Position numbers and translations under genes: made by a program
Shown here: positions 39,304 through 53,418 of the stretch, one piece after another
Layout: the number at the start of each line of letters is the position of its first letter
How positions within the stretch are numbered: position 1 is the stretch's first letter
IMG/VR virus record: IMGVR_UViG_3300044695_006747
Coordinates: 122,824-186,823 of that record
Direction: 5' to 3' (one strand)
Origin: a virus
Length of the DNA stretch: 64,000 bases
The notes under the pieces: model-generated
Told to the model about the DNA's origin: nothing
The model's input: only the letters and a program-made list of their open reading frames with translations
Database searches by the model: none

Positions 39304-41354
39304 TTCTATAAATACCCTTTGGTAATTTTTGTTCGTAAGGTTTGATTGTCCAACCTATTTTCATTAAATCCAAACTAATTTCATCAGTGACTACACTTTC
39401 TGGCACATATCCAGTACGATCACTAGTTCCAGAACAATACCATACCGTATAATCTTCTCCGCAGTCTCTTAAATCAGCAACTAATCCCCCAGCAAACCGC
39501 CACGAACAAGTCCATTCTTCTTTGCCATAGAAAAATTTATTATTACACAATGCTGCGTATAGATTTTGACTATAAATTTCACTATACTTGCATTTGTCTG
39601 CTATACAATCACTTTTACAAAGATCAAGTTCTAAATTTGGTTTCATCGGTAAATCACCACTGGTTGCATAATCCATTGTGTATAAGGTCTGGTTACTACT
39701 GTTTGTGTTCTACAAAATAGTTTTTGTTGTTCAACGATCACATTTTGTTGAACTACATAAGGAACCCATTGATAAATCACAATTGGTTGTGGTTGCTGAA
39801 CATAAACTACTTGAGTTTGAACAACTGGTTGAACTGGTTCTTGATATGCTATCCATTCTTGAGCATATAGGTTTGATCCAACACTTATAATCATTAGCAT
39901 TACAAAGCATCGTGCTAAATTGTACATATTATCTCCTTAATTAACTTTTATCTTTTCCACACCATTCTGGAAAATCAGTAATTTCTAAATTTCCCAATAG
40001 AAGCATGGAGGGTTTAGTAGCAAGATTACGAATAGCATAACATTTGTGGTTATCAGAATCATATCCACAGTCTATTATATCATACTCTGTGACGCTGTGC
40101 AACATTTTAATTAATTGTTCTATGTTTAGATTCACAGTATCGCTCCTCCGTAAAATAATTCTAATCCAATAATATATTTAGAATCAGAATTTGGATTAAT
40201 AATTATATGAGTATCATCTATTTCTGATATATCTTCTGTTGTCCATAAAACATGGCTAACTTTCATACTATCATCAAAAAAGAAAATATTTTGTCCACTA
40301 AACTTCCATCTTGTATAGTCATGACTTTTACCATCATGGATTAATCGTATCATAACAACGCCCGAAAATTTATCTTTATCTTGTAAATATCTTGCTAAAG
40401 TAGTCATTCTACATCATAAAGTTCTGGAAAAATGTCAAGATATAAATCAGCAAATGGGGCGTTAATCCCATCGTTAATTTGTATTCCGTAAATTGGACAT
40501 TCAGAGTTTTGTTCTTCGGAATTTGTCATATAATTTATTAAATGCAAAAAGTACAAAATTAGCGAATAGGATACCTAGCGATATTTCTAATACTTTGAGT
40601 AGGCTCATGATTATATCTAGGTTTTTTATATCCACAAAATACTTGGCTTGTGATTACGCCCATACCAGCCATTAGGGTAACTGTAACTCCGACACAAAAA
40701 ATAACAAGATTACTCATTAGAGAGATTTCCCAAAGATAGAATACTAGGAACCCACAATCCCACAAAAATAGCCTGATCTCTTGATAGTTCGCTATCTCCC
40801 ATAAACCAAAGACTAACGCTAAAAACAAAACTAGCAAAAGCGGCCACAAGAAAATAATACTTACTCATATCTATTCCTATCTATTTGTAAAAGTTTAATT
40901 AAGCCCTACCGTCTTTAATCATATTTAAAAGTTCCACAACATATCGTGCTGTATCTGGAACATTATTTCCACCAAGATAATAACTACCAACAAAATCATA
41001 CATACGTTGTAGATTGTTGTCCTTGGTGAACTCACTATAGTATTCTGAACCATACTCCATGTAAATGTATGATCCCACGCTATCTAAAAAATTTGAGATT
41101 TTTCGGTAAATTTCTGTGTTCATGAATAAGTATCAATCTTAGCATCATGGTCTGTATAATCTCTATACTGATCCAGTTTAAAACACTGGGTCATCGTATC
41201 CATCAACTTATTTGCTTGGATTGTGAGCATCACTCTCAGCCCCTCAATACCGTTAACAATCTCATCCCTGCTCAAATCATGCTCAAGAATCCCCTCGCTC
41301 AGAGTACCAAGATTTTCAGCAAAGTTGTATAATGCTGAGATTTCGTTTTCTAAA

Positions 41355-42038
41355 TCAAATCGGTCTTTCATATTTTATCTCCACAATTCCAGAGTTAATA
41401 GTAATAAAAGAACATGAATTTTCTGTCCAACAGCCACAGTTATGGTATTGTACCATATCGGATAGTTTTGTCAATACTGAGTGTGTATGTCCACAGATAA
41501 CAACATCACAATCTTTATCTTTACAATATTGTATTGCACGATCCGCTATTTGTTCTGAACATCGCAGAAATGTTTTACTATTTCTTTTTGCTAAATTAGA
41601 ATAGTAGTATTCATTATTGTGAAATCTATCGTACCTTTGAATGAGTCTATAAATTTTATCAGCAAACTTTGTGAATATTGGATATTTGGAAATAAAATTA
41701 TCAAAAATATCTCCATGAAGAATAACTATCTTTTTATCTCCGCTATCAGTAAAATATTCATCAACAAAATCCACACCGATAAGGTGACTAACTAATTCTG
41801 CTGGCCCGTCATGATTACCACTAATCCAAACTACTTTTATATTATCGGACAGTTGGCGTAGTTTCTTTAATATTTTCCAGTGGTCTTTGCGTAGTCGCCT
41901 AAAATCCCAACTGTCAAATAAGTCCCCATTAATAATTAGAGTTTGAGTGGATAGTTTGTCAAGAAATTTAGATAGTTGCTCAACCTGACAAACATCACTA
42001 CCCAAATGAATGTCACTAATTACAACAATTTCATTCAT
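41355..42038 (-). CDS. Calcineurin-like metallophosphoesterase (LpxH-like)
   Basis: ISDIHLG, NGDLFD, GNHD, LHGD, CGHTH. Confidence 0.85.
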   Translation of the reverse strand: MNEIVVISDIHLGSDVCQVEQLSKFLDKLSTQTLIINGDLFDSWDFRRLRKDHWKILKKLRQLSDNIKVVWISGNHDGPAELVSHLIGVDFVDEYFTDSGDKKIVILHGDIFDNFISKYPIFTKFADKIYRLIQRYDRFHNNEYYYSNLAKRNSKTFLRCSEQIADRAIQYCKDKDCDVVICGHTHSVLTKLSDMVQYHNCGCWTENSCSFITINSGIVEIKYERPI

Positions 42039-42323
42039 CGTGATTTTTTAATTACCCATTCAACACAAGTAATTAACATTTCGCAGCATACGAAGTAGAA
42101 GATTATATTCTGTATCATTTGTCTATAATAACTAAGCTAAATATGAAACTTAATATCCATGTTACTATCATAATATAAAAAGATGCGGTAAATACCCAAT
42201 AAGCATCTTTGTTGTGGTTGAGTTGAAAAATATCAACAACATATTTGAGAATAAACAAACTCAACACTCCAACAAAAACTGATATTGCCGATGCTACTAT
42301 AAATCCGCCTATTAGTTTTAGTA

Positions 42324-42440
42324 TCATTTTATTTTGGTGCTACCTTTAACATATCTTGGAGAGTAAGGACAGTTAACACATTTTTTGCCACAGCATACTT
42401 TTCTGCTTACAAGAAATTCTCTACTTAGTGGTTGGGTCAT
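42324..42440 (-). CDS. 38-aa Cys-rich peptide (DUF5522-like), not in the ORF track
   Basis: MTQPLSREFLVSRKVCCGKKCVNCPYSPRY. Confidence 0.55.
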   Translation of the reverse strand: MTQPLSREFLVSRKVCCGKKCVNCPYSPRYVKGSTKIK

Positions 42441-45023
42441 TCCATACTCTTTCTAAATAATCCAGAGTAAATCTTACTGTTCCATCGTCATAGAAACAAT
42501 CGTAGTCTCCACCAGATATTTCTTTATACTTTTCAGGCCAAACTTGATGCAATACATTCATAACAACCTGACCATGACGAAGTTCAAATTCGTTTTCATA
42601 ATAAACTTTGTCAACGAGATTTAAAAATTGATCAAAAGTCATACAAATAACCTGTCCTGTAGTAATTCTGAGATAGTTTTATTAATATTGATTCCGTTTA
42701 TAACTATCTCTTTGTCAGAATCATATTCATCAATTTCCATATATTTCATAGCATTGTTAAAGCACCAATAAATAGCAAACTTTTGTTCTTTAGTAAGATT
42801 ATTCATATCCTATTTCCCAGTTAATATCTTTGAAATCTTTTAATCCGGTATCGCTGTGTATCATAGGATAATATCCCCACAGATATATAACCTCACCCTT
42901 TGTCCAACCACATTCATCTGGAATATAAAACCATATAGGACTACCTTGTTGTAAAGTATAATGTTGACAGAGTGGTATAAGCAATATGAGCGAATAAATA
43001 TATCTCATTAAATATATGTTTGTCCATCAAGAGGATCGTTATCATGAGGATAGTTAAATGGGCCTAATACTTTGCGTCTTTTGTCTTTGATAAAGTTTAT
43101 AACATCAAAAAAACAAGTTTCACAAAGATCGATACTATACTTTGTGCCATCATCGTTTGATCCATATCCCCAGCAACTTTCAAGAGTTGCATAATCTGGC
43201 CCAATATCGCTATAATTAGTGGTGCTTTTTCCACAAGCGTCACAACTAACATCATCGACTACTTTTGTGGTTTTTGTTTTCCAAGTTCTCATTTATTGTA
43301 CCAAGTTACATCTTTATATTTTGGATATGGATAATCGACCGGCCAATATTTTTTTGGTTCAGCATTTTGTGACAGACTTTCTACTTTAGTTATTAGTTCC
43401 TTAACCTTTTGCTCAAGATTAACTAATGATTCTATTACAATATCAATCTTTTGTTTTTTCGGTTTGCTCTTGATCTTTTTCTTTTTCATATCATTTTTTC
43501 CACAGTTCCACTTGGCCCATTAATAATCTCAAGAATAACCCTCATAGCCATATCAACATCATAACACAATGTAGCAACTTTTTCATTGTTATAATCAAAC
43601 TTCGCTGCTATTTGCTGAATTTCTTCAGCAACAATCTTTATGTCGTTTATATCTTCTTGGTTGAGGTTTCGCATAATATCAATTTTGATCCATCTTTAAA
43701 TTGTAGAGTAAGAGTCTCTGGCTTACTAAAAGACAGAATATAACTAACAATATCTTTATGTTGACGTAAAATTTCTAGTAACTTATCCATAAACTACCAG
43801 TGATGAATAATATTAGCAACAATGAATCCGCAAGTAATAAAGTTAACCAATATAATACTTAATTTAATACTAAATGCTGTCCATGCTTCATATTGAGTTA
43901 AGATAGGAATGTCAGGAGCATCATAATCGTCCTGACCAACCCTATGATCTATTGCTCTGGCTAGTATTAATAGTTTTCTATTCATTCGGTAGTTGGTGTT
44001 TTATTTACTGGAATATACTTTTGGAGCGTAGCCAACTTGCTATCAGCATCATCAAGAATATCCACATACTTCTTTAGTTCTTCCAGAATATCTGAATGTT
44101 CACCGATACCAACACTATTATTCATATAAAGATTAAGAGTAGCAACTGCTTCACTAATCTTAGAATTGTAATGATCGACCAGAGCCTTTAGAAAAAGATT
44201 CATATTATCTCCTTAATTGTTAACTATTTTCTTGAGTTTTTTATTTAACGATTCAATTACCTTATTCACAGATGTACTAACATTGTAGTCTTTTTTGTAA
44301 GCATCAAGAGCATCTAACATTCTCCATGCTTCTTGCTTGCTAATTGTTATTGTGGTATTGTTTGACAAGTTTTTTCCCTACAACTTTCACATAGAGTAGT
44401 AATCCAGCCACCTTTATTTGGTTTGCCAGAGTTTCCACAAACTTCGCACACTTTATAAGAGTATTCTTCTGCCATACTAACAATACCATCTACATAATCA
44501 TCACCACCAGTAAAATAAATGCGAAGTCCACCATACTTTTCTTTTATTTGGTCAAACTTAACAGGAAAATACTCTAGTTCCGCCTTAATCTTTTCTGGTT
44601 GATCTGCTAGAATTCTTTTTCTGTCCTCTATATTTTTTTCGTGCTGAGATATTCGCCAGCAAACAGATGACAATAATTCATACCACCCGTTTCCAACCTC
44701 ACACCCCCAACACATACACGATTCCATACGACTTTTATTCCTATTAGAGAATAAGTCGGGATATTTTTCGTACAGTTGGTTTTGAAGTTCAGCGTCCATT
44801 TTACTTTTGTTTATACTTCTTTTGATTTTGAAGCGTGGAAAGAATACTCATATACTTTTCAGCATCACTCTTGTTGTTAAATTCAGTCACAATAGCCTGA
44901 CCATCACTCTTGGGAAGATTAATTGGTTGACCATTCTGAGTAACAACAAACTTACCATTCTTTTCCGCAACGCCAAGACTCATACTATCTCCTAGATAAA
45001 AAGTAAAAAGGCAACTATCAAGT

Positions 45024-45051
45024 ATTATACCAGACTATCGGCAGTTGTCAA
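45024..45051 (-). promoter_or_regulatory. Promoter TTGACA-N16-TATAAT with GCCGATA core
   Basis: TTGACA ACTGCCGATAGTCTGG TATAAT; near-identical copy at 46844-46871. Confidence 0.75.
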
Positions 45052-46885
45052 ATCAGACTTTACCATTTTTCCATCACGAACCACATAAATATGAACACCA
45101 GTATATGATGATCTAATATATTCTCGTCCACCATCAATCATGTTTCCATTATCAAAAACTTTGCACTCATGACGAAACTGAGAATATTGAAGATCACCAT
45201 CGTCATCCTCAACCAATCCAAAAGTACAATCCTCTATAGCGTCTGCATTTAAAATATATACATTACCACCATATACTCTAATAGAAAAATATCTATTACC
45301 AAATGTTGGATGCGGAGTCTCTCTATAGAAAATATCTTCTGGAGCATCAGTATAATGCAAATCGGTTGTACAAACATATGTTACGGGTACATTATCTTTA
45401 GCAGAATAATGCTCAATAACCTTATCGGTATTTGTAATTGGGAAGTGTTTAATCATTTTTTAAGTAGATCTAGAATATTTGGTGATGAAATTATAACTGG
45501 ACTTGGTGGTTTTTCTTCTGTTGGTTTTTCCATACAAGGACAATTGAAATGATGTATAAAATATCCGCCATGAGATAGAATAAACAAATGTTCGTCATGT
45601 AATACTGTGGTCAAATAAAAAGACTGACTAATAGTATGCTTATCTCTATCCTCTTGGTTTTGTTTACGTTCTTCACAACCGCAAAATAGTAAACAAAAAA
45701 GCATCATCCATGAATACTTCATATTTCATCACATATCTTCTTGTTGGAGATATTCATCAATATCAATCTGAAACTTTTCTGTTTCTCCTAAAACTACAGC
45801 AGCATGATAAAGAATATGATCGCGTGGATCATTTCCATCCACAATATATTCTTCATAACTCAACTGCTCACTATCGCTATCCCAAATATATCTAGCACAT
45901 TCCATAGCAGCATCAGTATAAGAGAGTTCGGTTTGGCTTTTCATTAGATATTCTCCATATTCTTTTCGATAATGTTAGCAATAGTATTAAACTTACGTCC
46001 AATATCATTCAAATCTGCCAGACAAAAAAAATCATTATCGGTATCAAAATCTCCTAAAGATGTTTGAACACCCGACCATTCTCTAACAACTTTTGGCAAC
46101 CCTTGAGATTGATTGCCAAAGTAAACAAAACCAGCCTCAAATCCATCTACACTTCTAGTTTCTAGAGATTTCTTATGGTTCTTTTTCATTGATTCATTAT
46201 ACAGTTCGCAAAGAACACCCAGACAACAGTGTTGCTCTTGTCCCTTTTTATTATACTGTTTCAGCCAACTCTTACCCTGCTTATATTTACCACTACGCAG
46301 AGCCTTAATCCACTTTTTAGCAACGTCTTTTTTCATCCGAATTGTGTCCACTTTCTTTCAGAGATAATGTCCTTAAATTTTTCACCAGCAGGAGTTAGTT
46401 GCACCATTCCTTCAACGCAGAAAACGCAACCCTCTTTATCGCCGGGATTATCATATCTATCCCCACCTTCTTCATCATAACTATCAAAATAAAGAGTAAG
46501 TCCAGTATTCTTACTAAAAGCATTTTTCAGATCGGTAACGAGTTTATCATAGTCCTGAAAAATATCTTCCACAATCTGATCCTCACTCAATTCAAGTCGG
46601 ATAACAGGCTTAGATTTATCCTCAATAACACCATCATGCAAAGCGTCAATAATTTGGTCAGAATCATCCCATGCCAACCAGCGACCAATATTACCCCAAC
46701 CAACATTTTTGAAATACTTGGCCTTTTCAATAGCCTTGATTTCATCTGGACAGATTTTCTTTAAGTCCTTATACTCGATAACATATCCGCCAACAGCAAA
46801 ACTACCCATTCCCATACTTCATTTCTCCAAGGGTGATAGCACCAATATACCATAGTATCGGCAGTTGTCAACAGCACCTTTAAGA

Positions 46886-47434
46886 TTATTTGGTGCTTCG
46901 TGGATGGCCTTTTGGCAATAAATCATTATCCTGTTTATAGTTCGGATTAGATGGGCGACCATTTCTTAGTAAATATAAAAATGCGTTAACTCTTGCTATT
47001 GCCCATCCATCTCTACTCATTTTAGGAGCATGACTAGTGCTAAATGCTCCTGCTCCCCTTCTGTATACAGCCTTTAACATACCAAGAGTAGCCTTACTTC
47101 CTTTATCTTTTTTATTATGTTCTGTGACTAATGCTCGTAGTCTTTTGGTTAAACTCTCATCAAAACTTATGTTTCCTTTGTCATCTTTAGCACTATCTGG
47201 TTTATTTTTCTTTGATCCTTTTTTTTGATCTTTTTTAGGGGCCGGAGTTTTTCGTGGATCATTTGGCCCAGGTTTTCCATACTGTAATGCTTCTGCTGTT
47301 TCGCCTTTACCGTGCTTACAATGCTGGCGACAACTAAAGCCGGGAACTTGATTTGGCTTTCCACAATTACAATAACTCATATCCTTAGCGGATAAGTATT
47401 CTTTTATTGCTTCTAGATATTTGTTTGTTCGCAT
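46886..47434 (-). CDS. Basic hypothetical protein
   Basis: KAVYRRGAGAFSTSH...WAIARVNAFL; Cys-rich N-terminus. Confidence 0.6.
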   Translation of the reverse strand: MRTNKYLEAIKEYLSAKDMSYCNCGKPNQVPGFSCRQHCKHGKGETAEALQYGKPGPNDPRKTPAPKKDQKKGSKKNKPDSAKDDKGNISFDESLTKRLRALVTEHNKKDKGSKATLGMLKAVYRRGAGAFSTSHAPKMSRDGWAIARVNAFLYLLRNGRPSNPNYKQDNDLLPKGHPRSTK

Positions 47435-47463
47435 AGTATCCTCACATAATACTATACACCAAA

Positions 47464-47841
47464 TTAATAGGTCAAGTTTGTAAAAACTATTCCCTTTTTC
47501 TTGAGATACGGTATGGGTTCATCAAATTTTTCAATATCGCTCACAACCCAACCATATTTAGATTTGTTTGGATTCCAACTGTAAAATTCATCTAGTTCTT
47601 CTACTTTGTGTCTATTATAGTCATCTACCCAAGATTGTTTGTCTGGATATTGAAAACTATGACTAAAAGTAATCGTACCAATGATACGAGACTTAAATTG
47701 ACTATATTTTCCCGGAGTTTCAATTATTGCTAACTCAACCCCTTCATACTTTTCTGGTAGAGGATATGAGCGTGTTTCCACACTTTTGTCGCCATTAATT
47801 AAAAAAGTTGACCAAGGAATCTGAATATTTAAACCAGTCAT
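47464..47841 (-). CDS. ASCH-domain protein
   Basis: LNIQIPWSTFLINGDKSVETR, IIGTITF, YGWVV. Confidence 0.8.
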   Translation of the reverse strand: MTGLNIQIPWSTFLINGDKSVETRSYPLPEKYEGVELAIIETPGKYSQFKSRIIGTITFSHSFQYPDKQSWVDDYNRHKVEELDEFYSWNPNKSKYGWVVSDIEKFDEPIPYLKKKGIVFTNLTY

Positions 47842-50800
47842 TAAGTGTCCAAAAATTTATTAAAGAAATCGGCCATTCCCTTTAATTCTTCCCTAGTAAG
47901 TTTCATCTTCATCCAATCCCAAGAAATACTATTACTAATAGTTAGATTAACAATACTTCCAAACTTCTCAAGATCAAAAGTAAAAATATCTGCTTTATGA
48001 GTATCTTTCTGAACAATATCGTTCATTTGGTAGCCTCTTTCAAATCTCTTGACAAAGTTTGTGACGCTTCTCGTACAGTAGGAAGCCAATAAATATTGTA
48101 GATTTCATCCCATGATGGAAAAGAATAGAAAGGATCACCATCATTCATACAATTCCCCTCACTATCATAAACATCATAAAAAACAACATTTCTCTTGTCA
48201 AAATCTTCCACAGAGTCATAACAAGCATAAACATTATAATAACCAAAACTAATTGATTGGTCATAAACATATTTAGCAACGAGTTCGTTCATTTTTCCTC
48301 CGCAAAACTGTTATCAAAACTCTGAAAAAGACCATCAACATCTTCAACATTCCAAGCATATGGACTATTGTTATTGTTCTTGATATGTTCGCTCAAACAT
48401 TCAAGAGCATCCAAAATCATTTGCATATCATGTTTTTCAATGTAGTAGTTCATTTTTCCTCCACAGAAAGAATGTGACAGTTATTGGGGTAAGCATTTTC
48501 GCACTGTTCAATAGCGTGTTCTTTATCGTCTGCCATGCAGTAGAAAGCGTAAACTTCGTGATGGTTTTTAGGCCAATAGTATTTTACAAGATATTGTCTC
48601 ATGTTGTCTCCGTTGTGTGTTTTGCTAGTATATCACGCTTATCGGCTATCGTCAAGAGCAACTTTTAGTCAGAACACCAACCACCAACAGCATAATGAAT
48701 TTTATCCCCATTCTTAAAAGGAACACCCAAAGGATCATTCCATTTTTCATGCTTTGTTTCGATATAATCAACAGCCTTATCTTCGCTATCAAACGGATCA
48801 ATATTAACCCACTTGATATTATTTTCCATTGTGTTGATTTGACCAGTATAGCCTAGATCATCAACCGCCTCATAATAAGCAGCATCATAATCAAAGTCCT
48901 CATCATCCTCATCATAATTATCGCTGATATAATCATGAGGATAACTTTCTTCAATTTCGTCTTTATCCTCAATCCACAAAGACTGAATCTCGTTTTTGTT
49001 ATCGGTTTCGTAAACTCTGTAATCAAATGAGGCGCCCATTGTTTTCTCCCGCTGTATTAATAAAATTTGCCAATAATTTTAGATCATCTTTACTAAAACG
49101 TATCTGATAAGGCTCATTATCAAACGTGTATATCTCAACCAAAAATGGTTTGTATTTTAGATTAGGATTGTGCTGAATACGCACCATACTATCATCAAGA
49201 TATATTTCACTAGTCATTCTAGTCCCAGTTCTTGATCGAGTTCGCTCAATTTATCTAATGCTTGATTTCTTTGAAAATTTAATCCGGCCACAAACCCACA
49301 CTCAAAATAATAGAAATCATTAGGAGTTCCCTCATGATCTCCATCTATCCATATTGTTTTTGCTAACTCTCTAGAACGAGAATATCCAGTCTTTATAGCC
49401 TCTAGTTGTTTTCTTTTAAGATTTTCACTCATCTTTTTCTCTATAAAATATTACCACATTACTACTATAATCTGTAGTTACCATAATTTTTCGCTCGTCG
49501 TATTCTAAATCATGCTTATAACAGAAATCTTCTGCTTCTCGTAACAGTTGTTTTAAAGAAAGACCAGAAGCGTATAGTTCTTTTTGTATCATTATAGATC
49601 AATATTTAGTTTAAATTCTTCCACCGCCCAATAAAATGTTTCTCTAATCTCATTCAAAGCATGGTCAGCATCCTTAAAGTCATGGCCATGTTTTTGGTTA
49701 CTTCTAAGATACTCAGAAAAATTCTGTATCATACCAAGCATATTTTCTGCCTGATTATGAATTTCGTATTCTCTATTATCTTCTGGAATATTGAATTCAA
49801 GTATGGCTTTCATTTCTTTTCCCCAAAATCCAAATGGTCAGGGTTAATTAGGTCGATCATATAATCTTTTGCTGCCGCAAGCATAACTTCATCACCACAA
49901 TTAACTAGCAAATCGGTAAGATCAAATACTATTTTATCAACCAACTCACACACTTTAGTAAAGTCTGATCGGTCTAAATTTTCTAGTTCTTTTTTGATAT
50001 TTACTTCACTCATTTGTGTTCTCCAAGTGTCTTAAAATATCAACAGCAATACTTAAAAGATAAGTAGATTGACCATTACTCATTGGCCTAAGAACGGGGA
50101 GTGCATTAGCCTGTTCATAAACGGCTAAAAAATTATGTACGATTTCTTTGAGTTCTTTAGTCATTATTTTCCCCAATTTCTTCACCAGTATGGTAATCAA
50201 TAACTGGCTTATTACAAGACTCTATCATTTTAGAAAGAACATTCTTTAAACCCTCAAGATCATCACTAATAGCATAAGTTGGATTTTCAGATATATTCAC
50301 AATATCCCCATTCTCATCAGTATAAACTGAATGAACTCCATAACTAATATCAATATTCCCAAGAGGAATTTTAGTTACATATTTAACAACTCTATAACTC
50401 CAACTCATTTCTTTTCACCAATAGTCTCATAAACAATTTCAGAGTCTAAAATAGAATCGAACCAGCAACTTTTTACACTTTTATTTGGGATTTTTATTTT
50501 TGCAACTTCTGCATACTCTTTAATCAAATCCATATACGGCGATGGTATGGTAATTTCTTCTTTACCATCTTGAAAAACAATAGCAATAGTATATCTTCCA
50601 ATTTTTTTGAGTCCTATTTTCCTAATATCGTTCATATTATTCTCCTATCTGCTCCATAATCTTATATAAAAAATCCGCTAATTTCCTAAGTTCTTTAGTA
50701 TTGCATTGAAAAATAACATCTTTGCCCTTTAAATCATCATAAATTGAAATATGATGATATTTACCATCTTCACTAGTAAGAACATCAATACTAATGTCCT

Positions 50801-52806
50801 CATCAATCTTAAATTGATTTTTTATAGTATTCATTTCTTTTCTCCATCATACCATGTTACTGTTTTTTTCAAAATGGTTTTTAATGGTTTCTTTTAGGTC
50901 ATCCACTGTCGTTGGGCTGTAATAATCCACAGATGCTTCTATGCTTTTAATACACTCGTCAATAATTGCTTTAGCGAAATCTTCATAAGATGATGGGAAT
51001 ATACTATACGAACAAGATTCTGTATCAAGATCTTCAAAACGATTTGCTATTGATTTAATCAATTTATTCATTCTTTTCCCCAATAGTCTTATAAAGTACA
51101 TTAGATAAAATAACGTGTTGAATGAAATATACTATTTTAGTTTTCACTATTTTTCTCCAATGGTTTTGTAAATAAAATCGGCCAAACCCTTTAGATTATC
51201 TCTAGTAGTTTGAAAGGCCACAGAACTATCGTTTCGATCATTGTAGACGGAAAAATAACAAGAATATTCGTTTGGCATAAATATTTCCACACTAATATCT
51301 TTATCAATAGTATAAGTAGGATTATTAAGGCTAGTCATATAATCATCCTTCATACTCATTTGTTTTCTCCAATAGTTTCTTCCAGTAGACCAATAGCAGT
51401 TTCCAAAAATAAATCACAAGTTGCCCAATTAGCATCCTCAATAGTATTATCCCAACTAACAATAAAGTCACGAATTCTGTTCTTAAGTTCGTCAGTCATT
51501 AGTTTTTTCCACAGAAAGAATATCACTATTCAAAATATTAATTTTAACACTATCGTAAGATTGAACACTTAAAAAATCAGTAAATTCTTCCACAGAAATA
51601 TCCTCTGGCAATACTGCTTCTATTTCGATAGCCATCTTAACTTTAGTCATTGTTTCCTCAAAAGTGTTATTCAAATAATTGACCAAATTCCCCACTTCTT
51701 CCTCAGTCCACACATAAGCATTACCATTCTTTTTCCCATGCTCAATATCTTGTTGATAACTCTCCAGAGCATCAAGAATTAGGCCAACATCATGTTTGTC
51801 AAGATTAATGTTCATTTGTCATTTTCCAAATACTTGTAAATAAAATCGGCCAATCAATTTATTCCATCATCTGTATTTTTTAGAATCACAGAAAGAATTC
51901 TTCAAAAAACTTTTCATTATCAACCTTCAATGAATCAGCAACACTATCGGAAAATTCAATAATTTCTTTAATTAGAGAGTTATATTTATCTTTGATAGCA
52001 TTTTCTTGCTTTTCTAAATCTTCCCAATCTAAGTTATATTTGCAATAATTTCCCTGACTACTATCAGGACTTAAAAAACCTGTGATTCCATCCGACCAAC
52101 AAAAACGCGGTTTATCACGAAGTTTAATGTTGATATCAACAGAAATTCCTTCTTCCATCATTTTATTTGATAAATCAATATAATAGTCTAACTTAGTCTT
52201 TGTTTCAGCATCAAGCGAACTAATATCAATCTTAGTAGTCATTATTTTTCTCCAAAAAAAAGTAGTTTGAGGGTTTCTTGCCCAATTTTATTTGATTCTT
52301 TTGATTTCTTTCCCATTACTGCCCTATTTACCATAATTGAAGAATTGATTATTAGAAAGTAGGGGCTTGATTTCCCTGAGTCTGTTATGAATAATGGTCA
52401 AATTTCGTGCTTGAGGAACGATTTTCTCATGTAGAGTTTGGCTAATAATAGTCTTGAGGAGAGCGATTTCTTTATCGGTCAAGAGAACATTCCTATACAT
52501 TTTTACCTTTACCTATTAAGAAAAATACCATTACTACTAGTAACCAGTATACCAGACAAACCAGTGGTTGTCAAGAGGGTTTATCGGCCATTTCCTATTG
52601 TGGCCTTTAGCCAAATTTACATACGGGCCAATTTAATAAGTAAATTTCGCCAATTTTTGTGAACAAATAGAGCATATACGCTACGAAACCACAACCATTA
52701 TGTTTCTTTATGATTCATCTTGTTGATTTTGGTATGGTTCATGGTGGGAATATGACAAAAAATGTGGGATAAAATATGATTCTCTTTAAATAAAACCATA
52801 ATAATA

Positions 52807-53418
52807 CTAGAAAGTTCCCTCTTTCACGCTGCTATGAACAAAACAATCATCAACTTCTAATTGTTTGTCGAAAATGTATCCTTGAGATTCTAGCAACTGT
52901 CGAACCTGTTGTCTCTTGGTTGTCTCATGATTGTGTTCGTAAGTTATGCAGCCAAAAGTATATTTGTGAAAAGGAAAAACGGACAATATCTCATACTCAC
53001 TACCCTCAGTATCCAAAGACAGGTATTGTATCTTACTGGGAAAGTTGTGTTTGATAAGATAATGCTCAAGGGGATAGGCCATAATTCTAACACGGTCGGC
53101 CTTTATAACATTAGGATTGTTTTTACCACTATTCATGGTATCAGATATGCCGCCCCAATCTCCCGCACAAATAAATTCTATTTCTTTTTGTTCCTTGTAT
53201 ACGCAACCAATCTCAACAGTGGTATTTGTTCTGTGAGAATAATTTCGTGGAAAAGGGTCAATGCCCAAACCCTTCCATCCTAAAGCATCTAATACGCTTG
53301 TGTTACTTAATGCTGTTCCATCATTGAATCCCACATCCACAAACATTCCGTTTTGAAAATATGACAATACCCATAAGTCTTGTTTGAATTGTGAGTATGC
53401 TACTACTTGTTTGTTCAT
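52807..53418 (-). CDS. FkbM-family methyltransferase
   Basis: YSQFKQD, FVDVGFNDG...SNT, YLSLDTEGSEYEIL. Confidence 0.88.
   Translation of the reverse strand: MNKQVVAYSQFKQDLWVLSYFQNGMFVDVGFNDGTALSNTSVLDALGWKGLGIDPFPRNYSHRTNTTVEIGCVYKEQKEIEFICAGDWGGISDTMNSGKNNPNVIKADRVRIMAYPLEHYLIKHNFPSKIQYLSLDTEGSEYEILSVFPFHKYTFGCITYEHNHETTKRQQVRQLLESQGYIFDKQLEVDDCFVHSSVKEGTF

Noticed and set aside
35781-51660. Shared C-terminal ILSVE(E/K) in three small proteins
   Set aside because: Too short to establish homology, and partly explained by doubling as the RBS of the next gene.
1035-53283. Numerous 60-180 aa plus-strand ORFs in the track
   Set aside because: All lie antisense to longer motif-bearing or operon-packed minus-strand genes and show shadow-type composition.
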